A stretch of DNA of 64,000 nucleotides. Origin: Clostridia bacterium DTU025. GTDB taxonomy: Bacteria > Bacillota > DTU025. Below, piece by piece: positions 1 through 8,061 of this stretch (the stretch's first letter is position 1; each line of letters opens with the position of its first letter). Where the stretch lies: assembly GCA_001513145.1 (NCBI GenBank), contig LFSP01000032.1, forward strand, positions 20,088 through 84,087, written 5' to 3'. Both the position numbers and the translations under genes were made by a program. The notes under the pieces are model-generated. The model saw nothing but the letters and a program-made list of their open reading frames with translations. It was not told the origin of the DNA and did no database searches.

Positions 1-2931
1 GGCCATGGGCCTGCCAGTCCTGGCAGAGATCTGCTTCCTGGATGTCACCACGCCGGCCACGGTCACCACTTCGCCGTCCCTGTGTTGCGCAAGGTCCCTG
101 ATCTGAACGGTGGCCACCCGTCGAAGCACCTGAGCAAGGTTGGCCAGCGGATGGCCGGAGAGGTAAACACCGAGCAGCTCTTTCTCCATCTGCAGCACAT
201 GGTCCTCTCGGAACTCGGGCACGTCAGGCAAGCTGGTGACGGTTCCGCCGAACTCCGAAGGCGAGGAGAACAGGTCGAAGAACGAAGCCTGCCCCGACTG
301 GGCCGTGCGCTGCCGCGCGGCGCTGGCCTCGCACACCTGATCCATGATCGCCATGAGCTGCCGCCGGTTCCCGAAGGCGCTGAAGGCCCCCACCTGGATG
401 AGGCACTCGACGGCCTTGCGGTTCACCGCGTTCATGTCCACCCTGTAGCAGAAGTCGTCGAACGACACGAAGGGACCGCCCTTCTCGCGCTCGGCGATTA
501 TCGCGTCCACGGCGCCCACACCGACGTTCTTCACGCCCAGCAGACCGAAGCGTATTGCGTTGCCCACCACCGTGAACCCTTTCTGGCTCTGGTTGATGTC
601 AGGCGGCAGCACCTTTACGCCGTTTGCCCTACACACGTCTATGTACATCCCGACCCTGTCGGACGACCCCATCCACGACGTCAGTGTGGCGGCCATGAAC
701 TCAGGGAAGAAGTGCCGCCTCAGGTATGCCGTTCTGTATGAGATCAGGCCGTAGGCGGCGCTGTGCGACTTGTTGAACCCGTAACCGGCGAACCTCTCTA
801 TCAGGGCGAACACCTCTTGCGCGACGCGCGGATCCACGCCGCGCGCCCGCGCGCCGGCCATGAACCTGTCCTCCAGGCCCTTGATGACCTCCGGCTTCTT
901 CTTGCCCATGGCCCGCCTGAGCATGTCGGCCTCGCCCAGGCTGAACCCTGCCAGCTCGCTGGCTACCTGCATCACCTGTTCCTGATAGAGCATCACCCCG
1001 TAGGTGGGGCTCAGGATCTTCTCCAGCGCAGGATGAAGGTAGTGCACGGACTCCCTGTTGTTCTTGCCCTTCACGAAATCGCCTGTCATTATCATCGGGC
1101 CGGGACGCCCCAGGGCCACGATGGCTATGATGTCCTCGAACTTGGTGGGCTTCACCTCGCGCAGCATGTTCTGGAAGAGGCTGCTCTCCAGCTGGAACAC
1201 GCCTTCCGACTCGCCGCGGCACAGCATCGCGTATACCTCGGGATCGTCCAGAGGTATCTGGTCCATGTCAAGCTTGATGCCTCGGGTCTTCTCTATCATC
1301 TCCACGCAGTGCCCTATCACTGTGAGGGTCCTGAGCCCCAGAAAGTCCATCTTCAGGATCCCCAGTCGCTCCAGGTCATCCATGGCGTACTGGGTAGTCA
1401 CCACGCCGTCGCTGGACTTGTACAGCGGCACGTAGCTCGTGATGGTGTCCGCCGAGATTACCACGCCCGCGGCGTGCACCGAAGGGTGCCTTGGCATCCC
1501 CTCGATCGCCCTGGCCAGGTTGTAAACCTCCCTCACCTGCGCATCGGCGGCAACCTGCGACGACAGCTCTGGCGACATCTCCAGGGCCCTTTCCAGGGTC
1601 ATGTTGAGCTCGTTAGGCACCAGCTTTGCGACGCGGTCCACCTGGGCGTAGGGCATCTTGAGGACCCTGCCCACGTCCCTGATGGCCGCGCGGGCGCCCA
1701 GGGTGCCGAAGGTGATGATCTGCGCCACGCGGTCGGCCCCGTACTTCGAGGTAACGTAGTCGATGACCTCGCCCCTGCGCTCGTAGCAGAAGTCGATGTC
1801 GATGTCGGGCATGGTCACCCGCTCGGGATTGAGGAACCGCTCGAACAGCAGGCCGTACTTGAGCGGATCGATGTCAGTGATCCCTAGGCAGTACGACACC
1901 AGGCTACCTGGCGCTGATCCCCGTCCCGGGCCCACATGGATTCCGCGCCTCTTTGCGAAACTTACGAAATCCCAGACTATGAGGAAATATCCTGCATATC
2001 CCATGCGGGCAATGACGTCCAGCTCGTATTCGAGCCTCCGCTTGACCTCCTCGGCCAGCTCCGGATGGGCATCCATCTGCGGGTAACGGCGCGCCGCGCC
2101 CTCCCAGCAGAGCCTGGCCAGGTAGGACTCGCACGTCTCCCCAGGGGGAGGATCGTAATCCGGAACGTGCTTCTGGTCGAAGTCAAGCTTCACGTCGCAC
2201 ATCTCGGCGATCCTTACCGTGTTGGCGCAAGCCTCCGGGATCTCGCTGAAGGCAGAGTACATCTCCTCCGCCGACTTGAGGTAGAACTGGTCGGTGGGGA
2301 AACGCATCCTCCCCGGGTCGTCCATGCTGCACCCAGTCTGTATGCAGAGCAGCACATCGTGCGCCCGGGCATCCTCGCGCCTCAGGTAATGAACGTCGTT
2401 GGTGGCCACCAGCGGCACGCCGACGCTGCGAGCGAGATCCACCAGGAGCCGGTTCACCTCGTCCTGCACCCTCATGCCGTTGGACTGAACTTCAAGGTAG
2501 AACCGGTCGCGGCCGAAGATGTCGCGATATGTTCCGGCGGCCTCTCGGGCCCTTGCCACAGCCCTCTCCCGATCGGCCGCGCTCACCCCAAGGCACCTGG
2601 GCACCTCGCCCGAAAGGCAAGCAGACAGCGCTATGAGCCCCTCCGAGTGCTGGGCCAGGAACTCCTTGTCCACCCTGGGCTTGTAGTAGAAGCCCCTGGT
2701 GTACCCGGCGCTGGAGATCTTCATCAGGTTCTCGTAGCCTGTCTGGTCAGCCGCCAGGAGCACAAGGTGGTACGGGTCGTCGTCCAGCTTTCCCTCGCGC
2801 TGGTCCATGCTGCGCTGCGCCACGTAGATCTCGCAGCCGATTATGGGCTTCAGGCCCTCGCAAGCCAGGCTCCGGTAGAACTCCACGGCACCAAACAGGC
2901 AACCGTGGTCGGTGATGGCGCAGCTCGTCAT
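1..2931 (-). CDS. dnaE: DNA polymerase III alpha subunit (replicative DnaE). The C-terminus lies beyond the window edge. The reading frame continues upstream of the ATG at 2931 into an in-frame TAG (see findings).
   Basis: I translated the minus strand myself. From 2931 it reads MTSCAITDHGCLFGAVEFYRSLACEGLKPIIGCEIYVAQ, then the PHP, palm and fingers regions, including ...LGILKMDFLGLRTLT..., ...GYGFNKSHSAAY... and ...FERFLNPERVTMPDIDIDF.... AAGGAG lies 6 nt upstream of ATG 2931. The ORF has no stop inside the window, so the ORF track omits it. Confidence 0.9.
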   Translation of the reverse strand, partial: MTSCAITDHGCLFGAVEFYRSLACEGLKPIIGCEIYVAQRSMDQREGKLDDDPYHLVLLAADQTGYENLMKISSAGYTRGFYYKPRVDKEFLAQHSEGLIALSACLSGEVPRCLGVSAADRERAVARAREAAGTYRDIFGRDRFYLEVQSNGMRVQDEVNRLLVDLARSVGVPLVATNDVHYLRREDARAHDVLLCIQTGCSMDDPGRMRFPTDQFYLKSAEEMYSAFSEIPEACANTVRIAEMCDVKLDFDQKHVPDYDPPPGETCESYLARLCWEGAARRYPQMDAHPELAEEVKRRLEYELDVIARMGYAGYFLIVWDFVSFAKRRGIHVGPGRGSAPGSLVSYCLGITDIDPLKYGLLFERFLNPERVTMPDIDIDFCYERRGEVIDYVTSKYGADRVAQIITFGTLGARAAIRDVGRVLKMPYAQVDRVAKLVPNELNMTLERALEMSPELSSQVAADAQVREVYNLARAIEGMPRHPSVHAAGVVISADTITSYVPLYKSSDGVVTTQYAMDDLERLGILKMDFLGLRTLTVIGHCVEMIEKTRGIKLDMDQIPLDDPEVYAMLCRGESEGVFQLESSLFQNMLREVKPTKFEDIIAIVALGRPGPMIMTGDFVKGKNNRESVHYLHPALEKILSPTYGVMLYQEQVMQVASELAGFSLGEADMLRRAMGKKKPEVIKGLEDRFMAGARARGVDPRVAQEVFALIERFAGYGFNKSHSAAYGLISYRTAYLRRHFFPEFMAATLTSWMGSSDRVGMYIDVCRANGVKVLPPDINQSQKGFTVVGNAIRFGLLGVKNVGVGAVDAIIAEREKGGPFVSFDDFCYRVDMNAVNRKAVECLIQVGAFSAFGNRRQLMAIMDQVCEASAARQRTAQSGQASFFDLFSSPSEFGGTVTSLPDVPEFREDHVLQMEKELLGVYLSGHPLANLAQVLRRVATVQIRDLAQHRDGEVVTVAGVVTSRKQISARTGRPMA

Positions 2932-2985
2932 CGCTAACTCCTTGAGGCGGGAAGGCAACAACTCAGTTCTGCACGCCCCGTCCAC

Positions 2986-3036
2986 CTACAGGAGGGAGTA
3001 CTGCGTATGCAGATGCAGATGAACGAACTCCCTCAC
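2986..3036 (-). pseudogene. dnaE: N-terminal 16 codons of dnaE, (V)REFVHLHLHTQYSLL, ending in an in-frame TAG at 2986-2988. A GTG at 3036 is preceded by GGAGGTG.
   Basis: These codons are in the same frame as the main dnaE ORF, which I checked by codon counting. The FVHLHLHTQYSLL motif matches the conserved PHP motif FVHLHVH(S/T)EYSLLDG. The TAG sits exactly where the conserved Asp codon is expected. ORF track entry 2986..3213(-) ends ...EFVHLHLHTQYSLL. Confidence 0.6.
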
Positions 3037-3073
3037 CAGATCACCTCCCAAACGCGTACGCCGCAACCCGTCA

Positions 3074-3247
3074 TCAAGACTCTTCCTCGCGGCGCTTCGA
3101 AGGAGAATCCAGTTCGGTCGACCACCATCCCGGCAGCTCCAGCTCGGGATCGGGCAACCCTTCCTCTTCCCACTCGATTTCCTGGAGGATAGCGTCCATG
3201 ATGTCCCTGTCACTGTAATCCGAGGGTATCCTGCGGGGTCCGCTCAT
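3074..3247 (-). CDS. Hypothetical small acidic protein of about 57 aa.
   Basis: ORF with an internal ATG that is preceded by GGAGGTG at good spacing. The protein MSGPRRIPSDYSDRDIMDAILQEIEWEEEGLPDPELELPGWW... has no recognisable family. Confidence 0.3.
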   Translation of the reverse strand: MSGPRRIPSDYSDRDIMDAILQEIEWEEEGLPDPELELPGWWSTELDSPSKRREEES

Positions 3248-3305
3248 CGTGAACACCTCCAAGATCGTATGGTCGCACCCCTGAAGAAGCCAAGTCAGGA
3301 GGCTG

Positions 3306-4265
3306 TCACACCTCGTCAGTAAACTGCCCTGATTCCATTATCGTTACACCGTCCACCACTACGGTGGGAGCCAGCACTATGCCATCGAGATGGCTGGGAA
3401 CGCACACCACTCCGCCCATGTGGCTGTTGTCGCCCAACGCTATATGGATCGTGCCCATCACCTTCTCGTCCTCGAGGACGCTTCCGGTGAGCACGGCCTT
3501 GTCGTTGGTGCCTATGCCCAGCTCGGCTACGTTGCGAGCCGGCTTGCCCAGCGGGTCAATGACGGAGCGCAGCGCCTCTGCGGCGTCGCCACCTTCGATC
3601 TCCACGGCGTAACCGTCCTTCACCCGGATGGTTATCTTGCTGCCAACGTACTTGGGCCCAACCATCGATCCATCGCAGACGAACACGCCGTTTGCGGTGC
3701 CCTCCAGCGGAGCTATGTAGGCCTCTCCCGCCGGCAGGTTGCCGAAGTCGCCGTGGTTGTGCAGTATGCCGGTGTCGGCTCCAGCTTCTCGCCCCTGGAG
3801 ATTGAGGGTTATGTCGGTGCCCTCGGCGTTGGTAATGCGGACCGTGCTTGCCCTAGTGAGGATGTCAGCATACTTCTGAGACCGCGCGGCTATCCTCGCG
3901 TAGTCCGCCGCGAGGCAGCGGGCCATGCACTCTTCGGTGATGCCCGGCAGCGTGGCGCAGCGAACGCCCTGCCTGCAGGCTTCCTCCCGGGCCACTGTGT
4001 GGCTCAACGACTTGCTGGTCGGAGCCATCAGTATGTCGACGTGTTTCATGATCTCCGCTATGGCCTTTGGCGGCTCCTCGCCGTTGCGCGTTCTCGGCAG
4101 CATCTCCACTATCATGCTTTCCAGCCCCAGGCTGCGCCCGGCGTCGAAAAGCGCCTCTCCAACGGCGCGAGTTCCCTCGTCCACTATGACCAGGAGCGAC
4201 TCCCCTGGCTTCGCCCCCATGCAGTCTCGCACGGCGATGAGAGCGGCTTCCTGCAGGCTCGACAT
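3306..4265 (-). CDS. Aminopeptidase of the M29 (AmpS/PepS-like) metalloprotease family.
   Basis: Contains ...AELGIGTNDKA... and ...VKDGYAVEIEGG... motifs typical of thermophilic M29 aminopeptidases. I chose the start at the internal Met (MSSLQEAALIAV) because GGGGGA lies 8 nt upstream. The longer 4352 start looks non-native. Confidence 0.6.
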   Translation of the reverse strand: MSSLQEAALIAVRDCMGAKPGESLLVIVDEGTRAVGEALFDAGRSLGLESMIVEMLPRTRNGEEPPKAIAEIMKHVDILMAPTSKSLSHTVAREEACRQGVRCATLPGITEECMARCLAADYARIAARSQKYADILTRASTVRITNAEGTDITLNLQGREAGADTGILHNHGDFGNLPAGEAYIAPLEGTANGVFVCDGSMVGPKYVGSKITIRVKDGYAVEIEGGDAAEALRSVIDPLGKPARNVAELGIGTNDKAVLTGSVLEDEKVMGTIHIALGDNSHMGGVVCVPSHLDGIVLAPTVVVDGVTIMESGQFTDEV

Positions 4266-4491
4266 TGGCACATCCCCCAATCCAGCTGATGCCCGCGATT
4301 GTCTACAATTTAATATTACCACATAAGAGGCAAGCGAGAATTCACAAGCCAACGGTGGCAGACCATGCTCTCAGGTAGTATAATCAGGAGGGTTCCGAAG
4401 TTCCATGCGACGAAGGGGGGAACACTGGTGGACGGTGACCCAGGCAGTAGGCGCGTTGCGCCACTAGCCGCGAACCGCATAACAACTCACT

Positions 4492-5904
4492 ATGGGGCCA
4501 GATCCGCCAGTGGACCCGGCGGGATCTGATGCCCCTGATTGGGGGTGTCGTCAATTGAACGTCAAATTCACAGCCCTAGTAGATAGGATCCGTACCCTCA
4601 TCCTATCCAAGTCCGATCAAGAACTCATCGACGTCATCGATGGACTCCATCCTGCAGACGTCGTTGACGTACTCGAATCCCTCACCGACTCCGAGATCGA
4701 GGCCCTCTTCAGCGTGATACCGGATGACACAGCCGCCGCTATTCTGGGCGAGCTGGATCTCGATGATCAGGCCGATATCGTAGAAGCTCTGGGAGTCCGG
4801 CGGTCGTCCCAGATCCTCAAGGAGATGGACTCCGACGACGCCGCCGACCTCATCGGCGAGCTACCCAAAGAGGACCGCGACGAGCTCCTCAATGCCATGA
4901 ACTCCGAAGGCGAAGACGTCAGGGAGCTCCTCCAGTACGAGGAAGACTCCTCCGGCGGCATCATGACCACGGAGTTCGTGTCCATCAAGTCAGACTGGAC
5001 CGTGGGGCAGACCCTCGCCCACCTTCGGCACGTCGCGCCTGAGGCGGAGACCGTGTACTATCTTTACGTGGTCGACGCCGACGACCGCCTGGTGGGCGTG
5101 GTGAGCTTGAGAGAGCTCGTCGTCGCGGACCTTCACGCCGGGATAGAGCAGATCATGAACCGGAACGTACGTTCCGTGCACGTCGACGCCGACCAGGAAG
5201 AGGTCGTTCAGGTCTTCAAGAAGTATCGATACCTCGCCCTGCCCGTTGTGGACGATGACGGGGTACTCACCGGCTTGATCACCGCCGACGACATTCTGGA
5301 CGTGGCGGAAGAAGAGGCCACAGAGGACATACAGAAGCTGGCAGGTATTGTGCCCGTAGACAAGCCTTATTTCTCCACGCGCCTAAGCGAGCTGTTCAAG
5401 AGCCGTATAGTCTGGCTGATGGTGATGTTTCTTGCACAGTCCGTCACCGGTGCCATCCTGGAGAGGTTCAGCGAGACGATGAGGAGCGTTATCGAGTTGA
5501 CCTTCTTCATCCCCCTGCTGATAGACTCCGGTGGCAACGCCGGTTCCCAGGCTGCCACCACGGTCATCCGAGGGCTCGCCGTGCGCGACATACGCCTGAA
5601 GGACCTGAGCAAGGTTCTCTGGCGCGAGCTGGCATTGGGCCTGGCTCTGGGAGGCGCCATGGCAGGCGTTGCGTTCATCAGGGCGACCTTTGTGGGCGGG
5701 GGGTTCGCGATTCCCATCATCGTGAGCATCTCGGTGCTGGTGATCATCATCATGGCCACCGCAGTGGGGGCGCTACTGCCCGTCTGTGCCACAGTGCTGA
5801 AGATGGACCCGGCTACGATGTCGGCGCCGCTGATTACGACCATCATGGATGCACTGGGCCTGACTATGTACTTCTTCATCGCCAGGGCAGTGCTGCAGGT
5901 CTAG
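4492..5904 (+). CDS. mgtE: Magnesium transporter MgtE, with N-terminal MgtE_N/CBS domains and a C-terminal TM domain.
   Basis: ...ELIDVIDGLHPADVVDVLESL..., ...GIMTTEFVSIKSDWTVGQTLAHLR..., ...FIPLLIDSGGNAGSQAATTVIRGLA.... The real start may be the in-frame TTG at 4555, which would begin the protein at LNVKFTALVDRI.... Confidence 0.85.
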   Translation: MGPDPPVDPAGSDAPDWGCRQLNVKFTALVDRIRTLILSKSDQELIDVIDGLHPADVVDVLESLTDSEIEALFSVIPDDTAAAILGELDLDDQADIVEALGVRRSSQILKEMDSDDAADLIGELPKEDRDELLNAMNSEGEDVRELLQYEEDSSGGIMTTEFVSIKSDWTVGQTLAHLRHVAPEAETVYYLYVVDADDRLVGVVSLRELVVADLHAGIEQIMNRNVRSVHVDADQEEVVQVFKKYRYLALPVVDDDGVLTGLITADDILDVAEEEATEDIQKLAGIVPVDKPYFSTRLSELFKSRIVWLMVMFLAQSVTGAILERFSETMRSVIELTFFIPLLIDSGGNAGSQAATTVIRGLAVRDIRLKDLSKVLWRELALGLALGGAMAGVAFIRATFVGGGFAIPIIVSISVLVIIIMATAVGALLPVCATVLKMDPATMSAPLITTIMDALGLTMYFFIARAVLQV

Positions 5905-5914
5905 GCAAGTTCGG

Positions 5915-5947
5915 GGCCGGTGCCGCGGCCATACCGCGGCACCGGCC
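5915..5947. terminator. Perfect 14-bp GC-rich hairpin, ggccggtgccgcgg-ccata-ccgcggcaccggcc, between convergent mgtE and the lipoprotein gene. Likely a bidirectional terminator with no U-tract.
   Basis: Read directly from the sequence. It lies between the mgtE stop at 5904 and the minus-strand stop at 5986. Confidence 0.5.
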
Positions 5948-5985
5948 GCCCATCGCCTTCGCCCGTCACAGCCCTCTGGCGCCGT

Positions 5986-6972
5986 TTAGTAGGCGCACGC
6001 CACTTCCTCGCTACGGAGGCTCTCCTGCCCTGATGCATCCCTCGCAACAACCACGAACCTCACCGTTGAGCCCTTCTGAGCCGCGGAAAGGCCCACCACA
6101 ACCGAGGTCTCCGGCGCCTCCACGGTGTTGCACCGGCTTGACGAGTAGCGGTCGAACTCGGAGTAGCGCCAGTACACGCGATACGAAGCCACCCACTCCT
6201 CCCCCGGATCCCACGACACCGTGGCCTTGGTGCCCTCAATGGATACCGCGACGTTCTGGGGCGGCAATGGCATCGCCGCTATGTCCAGGTGCACCTCCAG
6301 AGAGCCGAAGGCTGGAGTCCACTCTACGGTGGTGAGTTTCCCGGGCCTTATGCCGAAGGACACGTACTCGCTCTCGTACAGCACTGTGCCGTCGGTGGCC
6401 GTCACAACGACCCTCATGTCGTATGACCGCGGCACGAGCCCGGTGTCGTCCACGGCCACGAAACCTGCCTCCACCGGCAGGTCCCTATACGACCTGTAAG
6501 GGGACGTGCTGCCGGCGTAGTACACCAGCACATCGACAAAGGCGGCGTCCTCCTCGCCCGGCACGCCCAGGATGCTGATCTCCAGCCTTAGGCTACCGTC
6601 GAGGGGCTTCAACGTGAGGGCTACGGGCGTTGAGGCGTCCCTCTTCACGTTGGCCTTGGCAGTGCCGGCATACACGGCATCGCCGGCAATGTCCAATGCC
6701 GTGGCCTCGATCTGCCAGGTTCCCACGGCCAGCCCGCTGAGGGTGGCGGTGGCGGACTTGCCCTCGATGGGCACCTCCTCCACCACAGAGTAACCGCCGT
6801 TGGTGAGCATCAGGAGAACTTTCTCGAGAGGCTCCGACGCAGACGGGACGGTGCGGATGCTCGCCGCCACCACCAGGGAGCCAACACCCTCGGCCGCGCC
6901 GCTTCCCGGTAGGCAACCTGCGACGACGCAGGCCGCGGCGGCTAGAAGCATAACCAGACCTATACGTCTCAT
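5986..6972 (-). CDS. Putative lipoprotein with signal peptide MRRIGLVMLLAAAACVVAGC and an LAGC lipobox.
   Basis: I chose the start at the internal Met just before the signal peptide. The mature part is Thr/Val/Ser-rich with Ig/Fn3-like composition. Confidence 0.55.
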   Translation of the reverse strand: MRRIGLVMLLAAAACVVAGCLPGSGAAEGVGSLVVAASIRTVPSASEPLEKVLLMLTNGGYSVVEEVPIEGKSATATLSGLAVGTWQIEATALDIAGDAVYAGTAKANVKRDASTPVALTLKPLDGSLRLEISILGVPGEEDAAFVDVLVYYAGSTSPYRSYRDLPVEAGFVAVDDTGLVPRSYDMRVVVTATDGTVLYESEYVSFGIRPGKLTTVEWTPAFGSLEVHLDIAAMPLPPQNVAVSIEGTKATVSWDPGEEWVASYRVYWRYSEFDRYSSSRCNTVEAPETSVVVGLSAAQKGSTVRFVVVARDASGQESLRSEEVACAY

Positions 6973-7211
6973 GTCGCATCCTGCTCCTTCCGAATGTGAT
7001 GCCGGTTCTGTCGCCCAATCACTTCCCGCCTGGCATGGCAATTCCTGTCTTAGGTTTCAATATCACCCTGGGTGATTCGGGGGGCTGGCACGGCAGGGAC
7101 TCAAGGCTCGGCGGGCTAGGCCTCCTCGAACGGCCTGATCGCGATGGAGCTACTACTCTCTCCTGAGGCCGCCCGAACCGACGCTCGGGCTCTCCGACCT
7201 TCAACGGGAAC

Positions 7212-7240
7212 GAAAAACGCCCTGCCGATATCGACAGGGC
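7212..7240 (-). terminator. Rho-independent terminator of the tRNA operon. On the minus strand it reads gccctgtcgatatcggcagggc followed by gtttttcg.
   Basis: Hairpin followed by T5 on the transcribed strand, immediately downstream of tRNA-Glu. Confidence 0.5.
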
Positions 7241-7252
7241 GCTAAGCTTCAT

Positions 7253-7328
7253 TGGTAGCCCCGACGGAATTCGAATCCGTGTCTTCGCCTTGAGAGGGCG
7301 ACGTCCTAGGCCACTAGACCACGGGGCC
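7253..7328 (-). tRNA. tRNA-Glu (anticodon CTC), with encoded CCA.
   Basis: Reverse complement is GGCCCCGTGGTCTAGTGGCCTAGGACGTCGCCCTCTCAAGGCGAAGACACGGATTCGAATTCCGTCGGGGCTACCA. Cloverleaf: acceptor GGCCCCG/CGGGGCT, D-arm GTCT..GGAC, anticodon stem TCGCC/GGCGA with loop CTCTCAA, T-arm ACGGA-TTCGAAT-TCCGT. It closely resembles E. coli tRNA-Glu. Confidence 0.8.
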
Positions 7329-7334
7329 ACGTAT

Positions 7335-7408
7335 TGGCTGGGGAGGAAGGATTCGAACCCTCACAATCAGATCCAGAGTCTGACGTCCTACCGTTAGACG
7401 ACTCCCCA
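7335..7408 (-). tRNA. tRNA-Gln (anticodon CTG), with encoded CCA.
   Basis: Reverse complement is TGGGGAGTCGTCTAACGGTAGGACGTCAGACTCTGGATCTGATTGTGAGGGTTCGAATCCTTCCTCCCCAGCCA. Anticodon stem TCAGA/TCTGA with loop CTCTGGA, T-loop TTCGAAT. It resembles E. coli tRNA-Gln. Confidence 0.75.
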
Positions 7409-7426
7409 GCGGGGTTCGCGAAGCCT

Positions 7427-7455
7427 ATTATAGCAGAGGGCAGCCATGTTGTAAA
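7427..7455 (-). promoter_or_regulatory. Sigma-A-type promoter for the tRNA-Gln/tRNA-Glu operon. On the minus strand it reads TTTACA, a 17-nt spacer, then TATAAT.
   Basis: Consensus-like hexamers sit about 16 nt upstream of the tRNA-Gln 5' end. Confidence 0.6.
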
Positions 7456-7565
7456 CACGTTTTCGCAGCCGATTTCGAAGATTCCGCGCTCAGGTTCAGG
7501 GGGCAGGCGCCACCTGTGGCTCTGCCCCCGTCGCGCCTCCCCGGCCCGGTCTCGGCATGAGGCAA

Positions 7566-7973
7566 CTAGAATCGGGGCACGTGACCGTTGTGTATCTCCA
7601 GGCTCCAGTTAAGGCCGTAGTTGTTGTCCCAGTTGCCTGCCCGATCCTTGAAGCAGAAGTTGAGCCTGGAATCCTCGCTGGGGTCGAGTGGAACGACGGC
7701 CTTCCACACTCCGGGCTTGGCGCTCTCCATGGGAATGTCCCGCACATCGCGCCAGTCGCCGTGGCCAAACCCGGCGTGTAGGTACACCTGGTCCGCTCCG
7801 GAGCTGGCCAGTAGCCCGTTGTACTCCACCGTGACCTTCTCGCCGGCCGTGAGGGGCATCGGAGACACCGACACCCCGCCCACCAGCGAGGTTTGTTTCG
7901 CCGTGGCCCTGCTGCTCTTCTTCTTGGCCGTGCCGCCAGCCGGATCAGTGCCCAGCTTCGATGCTATTTCCAT
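7566..7973 (-). CDS. Small protein of about 136 aa with a starch/glycan-binding CBM-like domain (CBM25/26-like).
   Basis: ...VEYNGLLASSGADQVYLHAGFGHGDWRDVRDIPM...GVWKAVVPLDPSEDSRLNFCFKDRAGNWDNNYGLNWS.... I chose the start at internal MEIASK. The upstream extension of the ORF is S/T/W/R-rich and looks non-coding. Confidence 0.45.
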   Translation of the reverse strand: MEIASKLGTDPAGGTAKKKSSRATAKQTSLVGGVSVSPMPLTAGEKVTVEYNGLLASSGADQVYLHAGFGHGDWRDVRDIPMESAKPGVWKAVVPLDPSEDSRLNFCFKDRAGNWDNNYGLNWSLEIHNGHVPRF

Positions 7974-8061
7974 GTCATCCGATCTCTGTCGCCTTTGCCA
8001 TAGCACCAGGCAAGCCCCCCTTTCAGCGATAGTGTAACGCCTGCGGCGAGGGCTTATTCTG

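Noticed and set aside
82-2937. Plus-strand ORFs 82..741, 763..1887 and 1936..2937, plus several shorter ones.
   Set aside because: They lie antisense to a continuous, highly conserved dnaE reading frame. Long spurious antisense ORFs are expected in GC-rich DNA. None shows family signatures.
2986-2988. Pyrrolysine or other TAG recoding as an explanation for the in-frame stop in dnaE.
   Set aside because: TAG is used as a terminal stop in rpmJ and the 83-aa ORF. No pyl genes are in the window, and Pyl at a metal-ligand Asp position is implausible. An error, truncation or pseudogene is more parsimonious.
7019-7612. ORFs 7019..7330(-) and 7334..7612(+).
   Set aside because: They overlap the two tRNA genes and their promoter and terminator. 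Their amino-acid composition is non-protein-like.
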